Below, piece after piece: positions 14,462 to 27,564 of a stretch of 64,000 nt of DNA. Under the pieces are notes generated by a model. The model was not told the DNA's origin, searched no databases, and worked only from the letters and a program-made list of their open reading frames with translations. The position numbers and the translations under genes are program-made. Within the stretch, counting starts at the first letter, position 1. Every line of letters begins with the position of its first letter. The DNA lies in the NCBI GenBank assembly GCA_012295275.1, contig CM022670.1, forward strand, positions 4,464,001-4,528,000, in the 5' to 3' direction. Source of the stretch: Chrysomallon squamiferum. Taxonomy: Eukaryota > Animalia > Mollusca.

Positions 14462-14511
<50 letters not shown>
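14340..14511. repeat. (TAG)n microsatellite
   Basis: Direct reading. Many other (TAG)/(TAA)/(TAC) tracts occur throughout the window. Confidence 0.99.
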
Positions 14512-14674
14512 CAAAGTTCTGTCAAGGATAATAATATCAACAGAAATTGCATTAGTAGCGGTTGCTGTAATACAAGCTATAAAAGTAACTAAAATGTAAG
14601 GAAGTAAATAAATAAAGACACAGCAAACAAACATACAAAAACATTAAAAAAAAATAAAATAGACAAACAAACAA

Positions 14675-14705
<31 letters not shown>

Positions 14706-14707
14706 AA

Positions 14708-14739
<32 letters not shown>

Positions 14740-15375
14740 CATACTGAGATAAAATCCTTCTCAAATTTCAGTTCTAATTACTCCTTTGCCTTTTCCTAAT
14801 TAATTAAAACGTAAACCCGATGTATTTTCAGACAGTTTCTTTTACCCACACTTTGTGAATGACAGATGCTTTGTCTGACCCGCTGCATGTTTAGATATCC
14901 CAATTTACTTCGCAGCTGCTTCCAGCAACAAAACAGAAACCTCATTAAGAATATATTAATATGAAAATCTCTTTCAGCTGATCATTAATTAGTAAATGTT
15001 TAGGCCGCTTAGGCCGAATAGGTCCATTATATACAGGTGCAGGTTTAATTGTCCAGTTTGATTAAATAAAGTTTTTATCTGAAAATATGTTTATATAATT
15101 AATAAGCGGATGTCGAATCGGTCTATTTCCATTTGATTATTATTATTATTATTATCATCATAGTCATTATAACATCATCATCATCAAGATTGTCGTTGTT
15201 ATTTTTTATTTCGTAATTCATCAGTTCTTCCTTGTTCATAAATTATTCCTTTTTTATTCGTTCATGTTTCTGTTAATTTTCTAGTAGTTACGTAATCTCT
15301 ATTTCTGTACTAGCTAACAACACACCAAGTACGATACCAAGAAGAAGAAGAAGAAGAAGTAAGAAGAAAACTTAC

Positions 15376-18172
15376 CATTTTAAAAGTTAAAAATTCCTGT
15401 TGTCCAAAACTGTTAGCCTCTGCCTTTTTCAGAAATGTTTCTGTTGCATTGGCCTCCGGAGGTTCAAATTTAAATTCCTTCTCATTTAGCGGCCGACGGT
15501 TTCGCTCAATCCTCTTCTCGCCGAATCCAGCCTTAATATCCTCTGGACTCACATCCTGCCAAATCCTGTGAGGCTCCTCAGGAACGTCTCCTTCCTCTTG
15601 GACTCCCGTTTTCACCATTTCCACAGGCCTCCTCCTATTGTCAGTCCTCTTTATCAGCACTATAACAGAAACTATGACTACGATAGCAACAATGGTGACA
15701 CCAGCAACAATGCCAGCGATTACCATGAAATTGTGAGCACCGGAGAGGATTTCAGAACTAGCACCTGCACTACTATTCCCTGAAGCTTTTCCGTAGATGT
15801 AAGTAGTTGTTATGGGATAAACAATCAGAATATTGATTTTGGTTCTTGATTCTCTTTGCGGTTTGCCTCCGTCGTGGACGGATATCGTCAGCTGGAAACG
15901 TCTCTTGTCTTTCTGAGTAATCCTTCTCCGCATGTAAATCATTCCAGTAACGTTATCTATCCTGAACAGACTCTCAGTGTTTCCTTCAGCAATTCCAAAC
16001 GTCAGGCGTCCATTGTCACCTTTATCCTGGTCCGTTGCTACAACTCGCGAAATGTTAGATCCAGCTTCGATGTCTGATGTTATTTTGATGGTGTTGGATG
16101 GAAAGAGAGGAGAAAGAATAACCGGGGTGTTTTTATTAATTTCTTCTATGACAATTGTCACATTGGTTTTTGAACTTCAGAGGTGGACGTCCTTTGTCGA
16201 ATACAACGACCTGCAGCACATACTGTGTGACATTTTGCTTCACTATCAGTCTGTTTGTCTTAATTATTCCGTTAGAGAAAACCACAAAGGGAATATCGAT
16301 GCTTGGATTATCCAGCATGAATTCCACGTCTGAGTTGCGTCCTTGGTCTTCGTCAGTGGCCGAAAGTTTTCCAACAGTTTCTCCAGGAGGTGTTAGTTCT
16401 GGGACTTTCATTATCTCATTTTCTGTGACAAACTTTGGAGCTCTGTCGTTTCTGTCGGCGATGGTCACCACGACCTTTGCTGTTCCAGTTTTCGGGTTGG
16501 TTCCGTGGTCGACAGCTTTGACCGTAAAGGTCATTTCTGACACTGTCTCTCGGTCAAACACAGCGTTGGACTTAATTATTCCAGTGACAGAACTTATGGT
16601 AAACATCGACCCAGCGTCCATATTTAATCTGTATGAAATATCTCCGTTTACTCCCAAATCTTTATCATGTGCGGACACTTTGACAACAAATTTATTTAAA
16701 GGAGCATTTTCTGCTAAATGTGTAAAATAAGTATTCCTGGAAAATTCCGGGGTGTTATCGTTAATGTCAGTGACTATGACGAGAAAATGGACTGCAGTTT
16801 TTAAACTAGGACTACCAGAATCGTAACAGACAACAGTGACGTTGTGTTGTTGAATGTCCTCCCTGTCGAGAGCTTGACTAAGTAAAATAGCATATCCTTT
16901 TCCTTCTAGTTCATTTAAAGAAAAATGTGAGTTATATATCATGCAGGAGACAATTCCGTTGAGACCAGAATCGTTATCCTCAACTCTCACATGACCAACA
17001 AACGTTCCAACGGGAGAACCTTCAGACAGCAAAATCGTATCACTGTACACTGTTTCCTTTAGAACTAGATTCACTTTTGGAGGCGTATTACCCACGTCGA
17101 GGACGCGAATGAATACTTTTGCTTGTGACGTCAGAGGTGGGACTCCTCTGTCAACTGCCTCAACAACAGTTTGAAATGTATGACCGGATTCGTACTGCAA
17201 AGGAGACATTACTCTAAGTTCTCCAGAATGTTCGTCAAGTGAAAACAGTTCGTCAAGTTTCGAAGGTCGAACCGAACTGTAACGATAAAATGTTTGAGCG
17301 TTTCTTCCCATGTCTACGTCAGTCGCTGATATCTGCCCAATAACTGAATTCAAAGATCTAGTTTCCGCTACGCTAAAATTATACTCGCTTTGAGAAAAAA
17401 CGGGAGCGTTGTCGTTGTAATCCTTGACCTTAATATGAACCGTCAAAGTCCCGGTCTTGCGCGGTGAGCCGCCGTCCGTAGCTTCTATTTTAAAAGTGTA
17501 TTTTTCTTGTCTTTCTCTGTCGAGAGGCTTGAGAATAACAATTTTTAAATCCGAACTTCCGTCGAGTTTATGTTCCACCTCAGTGTCGAAAGTGCTCGTG
17601 TGCGACATAATTCTGTAAGACTTTACACCGTTGCCAATTCCACTGTCCATATCGTGAGCGCTGTGAATTGAAAGTTTTCTGTTTAAGATATCCGACTCCA
17701 TGACATATTTTGTCACCTCACTGGGTTGAAATATCGGTCGATTGTCGTTGATGTCGTCGATAATTACTTTAACTGACAGAATCTTGAGAAATGATGTGAT
17801 GTTAGACTGAACCATGACGTCAAACTGCTTCTCACAAAAGGGAGATAAATCACAGACTCTCTCTCTATCAATTTTCGACGTCGTGTATATCGCTCCATTT
17901 CGTTTATTGATGCTAAACATAGACGCCGTTTCCAGCGTGTTTGGATTGAGAAATGTATACATAAGGCTTTTGTAAACATCTCTGGAAACTGTGTGAATGA
18001 TTCCACTAGAATTAGAAACGCTTCCAACAAAAGTCCCTGCTGGCTGTTCTTCGATAAGGTGAAACACGATGTCATTTTGACTTGAAGACACGATATGGTA
18101 TAGGCCACATTTGAGAATGATTGTCAGTAAAATCCACTGAATTTTCCACGGGAAACTCCGTATAAATTCCAT
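15376..18172 (-). CDS. Protocadherin (delta1-like, 7 cadherin repeats), large coding exon 1: signal peptide, EC1-EC7, TM and juxtamembrane tail; interrupted by a 1-bp frameshift near 16167-16177
   Basis: ORFs 16136..18184 and 15310..16161 carry cadherin motifs (DRE, DxNDNxPxF, AxDxDxGxN, DxGxP). EC1 has the protocadherin C-x5-C motif (CDLSPFC). TM is FMVIAGIVAGVTIVAIVVIVSVIVLI. The first true ATG is at 18172 (track start 18184 is TTG) with an in-frame TGA upstream. The exon ends ATG|GTAAGT (phase 0 donor at 15375); a likely acceptor TTTTGATTTTAG| precedes 18218. Confidence 0.95.
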
Positions 18173-19373
18173 TTTCCTTCCCAAATGATCCAGACAGTCT
18201 TCATATAAATTTCATGCTCTAAAATCAAAATAAATATTAGAATATATGTAGGTATGTATATGTGTATACATTTATATCTATATAGATAGATACACAGGCA
18301 CGCACACACATACACATTCACTTACACAAAAGAACTTCTTATATCAAGGCAACAAATGTTACATCATTATGAATAAAGTTATTAAAGTATTTTCAATATT
18401 TCGTAGATAATAATTTTGAATTGCTTGCCAAATCAGTGCCTGTAATCGAATAAATTAAAAGAGGTGATTTATTATCTCAGCTAAACAATTTCATTTAAAT
18501 TTGATTATAAATGAAAAACCTCGTTTTACAAAATTTAATATCAGTAATTAAATGTGAGGCTGTCTGTAATGGCGAACATTAATATCTAATTTACATGTAA
18601 ATCAGCAATATCCTTTTCACGAAAACACACTAAAACAAAACAGTGTTTGCATTGGCCGGGGAACAATATTTATGAATAATGACCGGAATTTCAATATTGA
18701 GCGCAACACGTTATAACTGCTTGTACACGGAGGAATGCTGTTTGATGAAACACGAAATAATAAAGGAATAATAACCAGTCAGCGAACGAAGACGTTATTG
18801 TCAAATGATGTGTTTTTTGCGTGACTAGTCATTAAAACACATTTCATAAGTTTCGTGGAAAAAAATAAGAAAGAAAAAGAAAAGAAGAAAAAAAGCCTTC
18901 CTCGGACCAAATAATGGCGTCAATTATAGTTGAAGCAAATTCATAGGCCGTGTTTGAAAGATGTCATACATGATGTAATTTTCATGCCTAATGCCAGGAC
19001 AAAGAAAATAATACTCGTACACACACGACATGGATGGCTTATTTGAACAGCAGAAATATTGTTTGCTGTTTTGCTTACGCCAACACAATAACGTGTTTGT
19101 TGATTGTGCCAGAGCTGCGCGACGACAAAGGCAAATACACCTGGGTAACAAGCGTTCTGAAAACCAAATCACTTTTTTCTCTCCTCACCCGGTTTACAAT
19201 GCCTGCTTATTCGTTTATTATTTATACAGTAAATTTATTTTCCATTTTGGTGCCTGCTGTATTGACAATGCCATTATTTGAGAATGGTATTTGACGTCAC
19301 GTAGCTTTAAAAATGTAAAGACACGTTTAGCATATGTTAGAACAAAGCAATACAAATTCAGAAAAATTAAAAA

Positions 19374-19408
<35 letters not shown>

Positions 19409-22258
19409 CATAAGTTTATAGAAAATTAAAATGTTATATTCTATGATGGTCCAATTATTATTCCAACATAGCCTAATGTTAACTCTTATGGCAGCTAGAA
19501 ATCTTACTTTATTATGTTTATTAATCTGATGGAAACGTTGAAGAACTTTTAGACAATTTGACACGTAAAAATGACTCCCAGCTGTCACGATTCAGTGCCC
19601 CCAAGCGCCACCATCAGTGAAAAATAGCTAAAACAGTATGAGATTAATTCTGTATCTGTACTCCTCGACAGCGAACGTTTCGTACCCTTGTTAGCAGACA
19701 GCAGTGGGCATATTGGCTTTCCTTCACGTTTTTAGACGAACGACGTTTTCATGATTTCCCTCGATGTTCCGTCGATGACAACCGCAATGATCATAGAGGG
19801 ATTAAGAAGTGTCTTGAGTTATTAGATGCTGATATTTACACCCCAGGAGATAATGGCTCTGCTAATCACCATTGATCCAGCTTTCCTGAGTTTGCCAAAC
19901 ACAGAGGCAAACTGCGGTGAACCTTGTCTTTAGACTTCTTCAGCGTTTCCTGATCGCACAGAGGCTAAACACGTGGCGACGAGTAATGTCTTCAAATCAA
20001 ACGAGGACGTCCACTATTCAGTTACATGTAGAACTGACACATCCGGTTCCGGTTTCACTGCGCATGTCTCTAATTAACATGTCATCGATTTTGTTTTAAT
20101 TTTAAGGTTTGTTACGCGTCAGCAAATTCAATTACGGCTCTGTATTCGATGGAAAAAAACAAAACTGCTGTATCGACAACTGACATGCAGTAAAAGGTCA
20201 AAAGCAGAGCAGTGGTACACATTTGTAACAAAATGTTGTTTTTAACTAAATTGGAAATGTTAAGGCATAATTGTAAATCATACTTTTTTTATGAAAGAGC
20301 AAACAAAACGTTAACATATTTCGAAAAAACTGCTTTTCTGTTTTCTTCATAAACAGAGGGTTATTATTTTATATGTCAAGAAAAAATATCTTTACAACCC
20401 AAATCACGGACTAACAAAAGAGATATATATTATTTATTAGTCAGTTATTGCTGTTAACATTTGCCTTCAGACATCATTTATTAATTACTTATTCAGACAC
20501 AAATATAACTGCGATGGCGTGGTTTTAACAAAAATATATCGGTTAAATTATATTCCCCTATACATTTTTCCCTTTCGCATTAAGGTAAATTCCTCTGTGA
20601 TTTTCGAATTAACAAACAATTCAACGAGGATTAAAGTCAATTCCATCTTCAGAAAGAGAACCCGCATTTTCAAACTAGTTTACCAGAGGCTGTTTGTTAA
20701 ACCAGATTCAGGAATACTCACATTAACATTAGTTTTTCTCGTAAACATTTTTTTCCATTGTAGTTATTGTTAGAAGAAAGAGATATATATATATCTACGT
20801 TATGGCAACATCAAAAAACAAGCACATGGCTCCTGGATATCTCTGTATTTAATAACACCAGAAGTTCAGGGTTTGTCTTGCAGCTATGCTGTTTCTAAAG
20901 AGACTTATATAACAAGATCTGCGAATAGTTTCCAGTGCTAAGTAAACTCCAATGGGCATCCGCTTGAAGCCGTGTGAGATTTTGTACGTCGTTAGCTGTA
21001 GACAGTCCCCGAGGAGAGAACATTAGAGCAGAGTGGGTACTGAAGCAAAAGCTCGTGGCTTTTGATAATCAATTTTATATAAATAATTAGTTCTGAAATT
21101 CCCATATGCGACTCCCCAGACATCTGAAGACTGTTCAGTTCTGAAGTGAATATTATAGAAATGGATATTAAAACGGTCATTTGCAAGCAGGTCGTATTTA
21201 CGTCCATGAAAAGAACTGTAGCGTGACTAAAGATGTTATTGTGCGAACACATAAACAAAAGTTTAACATAAGGAATAACCGTATTATCATATCGCGTGGA
21301 AATGGCCGTAAACAAGAAACCGCAAGCGACTAGTAAAGATCAGCATAATATATAATCTTCGATAAGAGTTATGTCTGCTTCTGTCGCTCCAACTGTAAAG
21401 GAAAACAAATGGGAAAGAAAAAATAAATCAAAGAGACAAATAAACAATATCTTCAAAGAATGATTAAAGCGCTTTTGTCAAATACTAACTGTTAGTTCTA
21501 CACACTTTCTTCCTTTAATGGTTCCTCGCAGAGTTAGAATCTAAATACCCACAATTATATAGTCCGCTGGACATTGCCTCTTAGGAATAGATTCCTTTCG
21601 CTTTATTGTCTCGTTAGGAGCTGTAGCTGCCGATACCGTTCTATTGTAGTACTCCAAGGAATGACAATATAAAATAAAACACGGTGAGTGCGAAATTTCT
21701 GTAACAAAAGATTTGCACAAAAGCAGATCACTTAATAAAGTAAGAAGACGATGATGACTAATGTTAATCACACAGAGATGGGAAACAAAATGTTATTGCA
21801 ATGGAGATTGTCGCTCGTATGGATTATTGCTTACGCTTTCAAGAATATGTTTCGTTTTAGTCCTTTGTTGGCAAGTAAAGAAAATTTATTGATTCGCCAA
21901 TTATCTTCTTTTCTTCTGATCTTTTTCAGAAACAAAATTAACAATATTGGAATGTATATAATTTTTCTTTCTTGCTGCCGTCACGTAGCTTCGTTAAAAG
22001 AAAAATAAGTTCTTGTTTAAACAAACATTTGAAATTATATATTAAGAAAAAATGTTAAAACTGCAACTGAAAATTAAATTCATTAGGGTTCTTTTTTTCC
22101 GGTTATCAAAAATTTATTTTAAATTCGATATTAACATGTTTTTTTCTTTTGTTTTTTTGTTTATTTATTTTATTTTATTGTTGTTGTTTTTTTGTGTGTT
22201 TGTTTATGTAACTGTTACACTATACAAAACAAACCCATACCAGAAACAGAAATAATGC

Positions 22259-22305
<47 letters not shown>

Positions 22306-25300
22306 TCGAATTAAAATTAAAAAAAAAAGAATTAATTGACTTCTTCCGACAAAACCCGACCACAATTAAAAGGTCAGCGTTAAGGAATTTTAAACTTTTT
22401 TTTTTTTTTTTTTTTTGATTGCTCCACAAATTTTGATTACACGCTCACTATCCGATTACATTAGAAGCGTACCTATAAATCTGCCAGAAAAAATCGATGT
22501 TCCCTTCTCCTTAAGCAATTGAAGAATACTCCTGACATTTCTTCACGTTGTGGACAGAATCGAACAAAGCAGACTTCGATATAGTTTAATACAATTTGAC
22601 CTGTCTCCAAAGGAACCAAGCGCTGCCAGAAAGAAGATAGTTAGACACACTTTGGACGCACTGAGAGATAAAAGTAGGAGGCAAAAGAAGCAAAAAAACA
22701 CAAAGGATTGACCATTTAATCTGCAAGCCGACTACGTCAAATTGCACGACAATTTGCCGAAGCTTTGCTAATTTATTCCCCGTCAACGCTACATCCGTTA
22801 ATTGTATCCGTGATCTTTGGTCAAAGATGTTTTATTCTGACGTGCGCACAAAGGGCGAAACTCTATGATAGATCGACTGGGGTTGCCGCAGTTTATTTCG
22901 GACAGATTAAATATAAATTGACCAGGAGTCGATCCGTCTAACTGAGAATTGGAAAATTATGGCCTAAGTTGTTCCAAAGCCAGATTCCAGACTATAAACC
23001 ATCATGCAATGGTCATTACTGTGAAGCGAAAAGAAGCTTCTATTGATATTTCACTGCAAACACAGAGAATAAACGATTCATGTTGACGGCTTAAGAATCA
23101 GAATTTTTTCCTTTGAATGTTTTACCGATTCTCGGGGTTGAGGTGGAAAGATTTATGATGGCGTTGAAGTAATGATGTTTTATACACACGGCCCGTCCAT
23201 CTGTTCACAGTTTGAAAACAAGTAGATGTTTTATTATTTTTATTATTATTATTATTATTACCACTACTACTATTATTACTATTACTACTATTATTACTAT
23301 TACTACTACTACTATTACTATTACTACTACTACTACTATTTCATCCTCATCATTAATATTATAAAAAAATACCCTCTCTTTATCACAATACGGTGTATTA
23401 GAATATCTATGTAAATCTTTCAGACTTATGTACGTAATTACCTACATACAAACATACATACAAACATACATACAAAGTACACACACATCTGTATGTATGT
23501 ATGTATGTATGTATATACACATACACATATACACACATACATACTTACATACATACATACATACATACAAAACTATATACGTAGATCCATTCGTCTGTAG
23601 ATATATACTAACAGATAAACAGATGTACAGACTTTAAACCAACCACACATTTGAAACAGAGCATATATATATATATATATATCGATAATTATATGCAGAC
23701 TGCCTAATATATTCTATGAAGACAGACAGACTCGGACCTTAATTCACAATTCCAGACAAGACGCCGAAAGGCTTGGAATGGAATTTGTTGACCTCTGGAT
23801 ATTTCTGTTTAATTTCATAGATAAACGATGAGCTTAGGCCGGAGTTCAGGTCTTCGCTTCTGTCACTTGGACCATAATTCACGTCATGTATTCAGTAATA
23901 TTACAGACGTGAATACTTGGAAAGTGTACGTATCTTAAATGCTATATAGTGTTAGAATTTATGCTTCTATTTGGAACAGGTATTTGAGGACAGATGGTGG
24001 AATCATGAATGCGTGGATACATTATGCATGATGGATTGATGAATATATTCTTGTGTATATGTATGTATGTATGCATGTACGTATGTATGCATGTATGCAT
24101 ATATGTATATATGTATGTGTGTATATATATATATATATACACATACACATGTAAGTATATGTGTATATATATATGTATGTAAGTAATATGTGTATGTATG
24201 TGTGTATGTATGTTGGTGTGTATGTGTATGTATGTATATATGTTTATGTATGTATGTATTTCATATTAGTAGGTACGTCTACCTAACCATTAACATTACA
24301 TAGGAAAAGCTAAGATTAAACTTATTGAAATAAAATTGTTTTACAGCCTGATAGCATTATTAAAGAAGATGACTATGCTTTTGTAGTAATTTAAATCAGT
24401 AAAACTGGTTTAGAATAATTACATTTTGTTAATGATTAGCTACTGAACTTCGCTTAATGATTATCTGCAGATGTTATTCCATATTTTTTGTGTATGAAAA
24501 TTAATACTATGTCATTACATCAGACTTCAGTGAAGTAATTAATGTCAACCTCTTTGGCATCGATCCTGGGATCGTTGGCACCAAGCTGTTCTATAATTTC
24601 AAATAAGAGAAAGTTTCAACATAACGATTTGTTGCCCTCAGTAACCAGACACTAGCCAAGCCGCTCGACCGTGTATCTTCTTTCACAAACAGGTATCTGT
24701 TGACACATAAACTGAACTCGTAAAATATTTAATAAACTTGGGAATTAACCATCATTTGTTTCTTCTCTGACTCGGTATGGAAATTGTAACAAGTTTGCTT
24801 AAAAATCGATCAACTCTCTCTCTCTTTTTTATTTTTATTTTGTTTTATTATCTTTTTTTTTTTTAGTGAAGCCTGGTGAATAAATAAATTTATGTATTAA
24901 TTAATTCAACCCGCTGATACTACTCAGTGGTACAAAAATAGGCCGTATCTTAAGTAAACAGAAGTAATGAAATGATAAATAAAACAACAACATACGTCGT
25001 GAGATGAAATTGAACAAATCGTGTGGGTTTTTTTCAGACGGGATTTCGTACATGACAAAAGATAATCCCTCAAGCAAGACGTTGCAGTCATTTCAGCAAA
25101 AAAAAAAAGACAAAAAAGTTTTTGACAAAAACAAGTCTATATACATATAACTGATAAGTATAAAATATTTACAAGCTGTCTGAATATCATTTTGATAAGT
25201 ATTAGAACCAAATTAACGGTCTCATCGTCGAATGCGGCTCAGCTGTGATATGGTGCTTGGCAACTTTATTCATTACGAAACCCATGAGATTTCCACCGTT

Positions 25301-26297
25301 GATTCCGCTTAGAAAGAGTTTCCGCGCGGCTGCGTCCGATGGTCCGTGCATCTGTCACTGTATTCCAATTTGTAGTACGAATGACAAACACGTTTATTGT
25401 GCACTGTGTCATTTACAGCATTATCCATCTCACTTTATAATCTAAGTTTGTTGTTTTTTACTTTCCTTTTTCTCTTCTTATTTCTCTATATTTTCAGTAG
25501 TTATTTCAGTGTATATTAGCACATCTCTGTATGAATTTATGTGTGGTATGTACGTGTAGATATATGTATGTACGTACGCACGTACGTACGTATGTATCTG
25601 TGTATGTTTATGTATAGTATGTTAGTACGTATGTATGTATATTTATAGTATGTTAGTACGTATGTATGTATGTTTATATGATGTATTAAGTACATACATA
25701 TGTATGTACACGCTTAAAGCTTGTGTATCTATGTATGTACATCGTAGCCTGTTTCAAATGCATTCTCCTCAGTTTCTGTACTTAAATTATTCTCCGTTCT
25801 ACACTTTATCGCTCGGTAATTTTATCGCAGAAAGACGAATGGAAACGTAAGATGAACTTCAGAGCGTAATTTATTAGTTGCTGTCCAAACACTACGATTT
25901 ATAACCCAGAAGATAAGTTTTAATATTCATAATTTGGCTTGAGATAATACTGATTGGAATAAAAGAGCTGTGAATTAAATCGGCTTTGCGTTCCCAGCAG
26001 CTATTTGTTTTTACAAATGCGTCTGAGTCTTGTCAAAGGGAAGGAAGATAAATGAAGCGTGTGGTTGGTTCATTTATGAAATTGCCACGCGCTGTCGATG
26101 TATAAAGATTTCACTTTCGCTCTGTGAGTCAAATATTGACTTGAAAACCTACCCCGTGCGTTTCTGAAATATCGTATGAAAAGGGGTTGTGTTTCGAATA
26201 ATGGTTTTAAATCCAAATGAAATAAAAATGTATCGTGAATTTGAGACTGGTGTGCGATTCGGGGTAAACAAAAATGATAGATTATTATTATTTTTGG

Positions 26298-26384
<87 letters not shown>

Positions 26385-27016
26385 GCAATTCCTGTTCTTT
26401 TTACGCTTAATAAACCGCGAATGATTGAATAAAGAATGGATGGAAAGGGGGAAAAAAAGGAATGAAAAATAAATAAATAAAAAGGAAAGAAAGAAAGAAA
26501 GAAAAAAGTTTGATAAAATGAAAAATAAAATTAAGAAAGGAAAATAGAGTTAAAATTCGTATTTTTGTATAGACTTTATATAAGCCGCCATTAATTTGAA
26601 TATAAGAAACTATAAACTTGAAGATGCCCATTAAACTATCCTGTAAAATAATTGTTTAGAAAAAAAAACATCATCATAATATTTTATAATATGATAATGA
26701 TAATTACTGTTATTATTAGTAGTAGTAGTAGCAGCAGCAGCAGTAGTAGTAGTAGTAGTAGTAGCAGTAGTAGAAGAAGCAGTAGTAGTAATGGTAGTAG
26801 TAGCAGTGTTGTTATAAGTAGTAGCTGTATTATTATTATTATACCATATCTTTTCCATACTAAATAAGATCAGAAAGCTTTATAGTGTAAACTAATAAAC
26901 TAAAATGTAGCAAGACTTGAACACAAATATATTAAAATATATTTAACATAATGGTGACATGTTAAATGATTGTAAAAATAAATGAGTCACGAAATTGTAC
27001 AGTAATAATAGTAGTG

Positions 27017-27090
<74 letters not shown>

Positions 27091-27190
27091 TGCAATTGTA
27101 GCAGTAGCAGTAATGGTAATTCCAATGCATGGTATTGTGTAAAATGATCGGTGTTTATTTGAATATATTTGTTTCACAATCCAGTAACAT

Positions 27191-27308
27191 GTCAGGATGG
27201 CCGAGTGGTCTAAGGCGCCAGACTCAAGGCAGACAGCTTTACGCGTTAAACGTGATCGAGTGTTCTGGTCCACGAATGTGGGCGTGGGTTCAAATCCCAC
27301 TTCTGACA
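27191..27308 (+). tRNA. trnL-CAA: tRNA-Leu(CAA) with 34-nt intron (intron class B)
   Basis: Exons identical to the 4142-4260 copy; intron GCAGACAGCTTTACGCGTTAAACGTGATCGAGTG; TTTTT terminator just downstream. Confidence 0.97.
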
Positions 27309-27485
27309 AATGCTTTTTATTTATCCCCCTCCTTCATTTTTAAACAAATAAAATTTAAAAAATAATTTTTAATAATAACAATAATAAATTATTATAGAAA
27401 AAATAGATACTAATTGTTTTCTCTTTTTTCAAAATTCCTTTTCACAATCTTGGCTTGTTATTTATTTATTTATTTATTTATTTAT

Positions 27486-27564
<79 letters not shown>

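Noticed and set aside
14218-14634. Poly-Thr/Ser/Ile/Tyr/ER/LS ORFs here and throughout the track
   Set aside because: Translations of (TAG)n, (TAA)n, (GA)n, (CA)n and (CATA)n microsatellites.
15310-16161. Second separate cadherin gene
   Set aside because: Starts at GTG mid-domain without a signal peptide and continues EC6 of the upstream ORF; explained by a 1-bp frameshift. Its last 21 codons are intronic.
16155-16730. 191-aa plus-strand ORF (also 15568-16333 and 17764-18108 ORFs)
   Set aside because: Antisense or alternate-frame shadows of the protocadherin CDS with no independent features.
19590-19620. CTCF- or REST-like motif (TTCAGTGCCCCCAAGCGCCACCATCAG) upstream of the protocadherin exon
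   Set aside because: Only a partial match to either consensus, with wrong spacing; cannot be supported without a PWM scan.
26962-27365. ORFs overlapping tRNA genes (also 34474-34722 and 34960-35292)
   Set aside because: Chance read-through of tRNA-Leu sequence and flanking triplet repeats.
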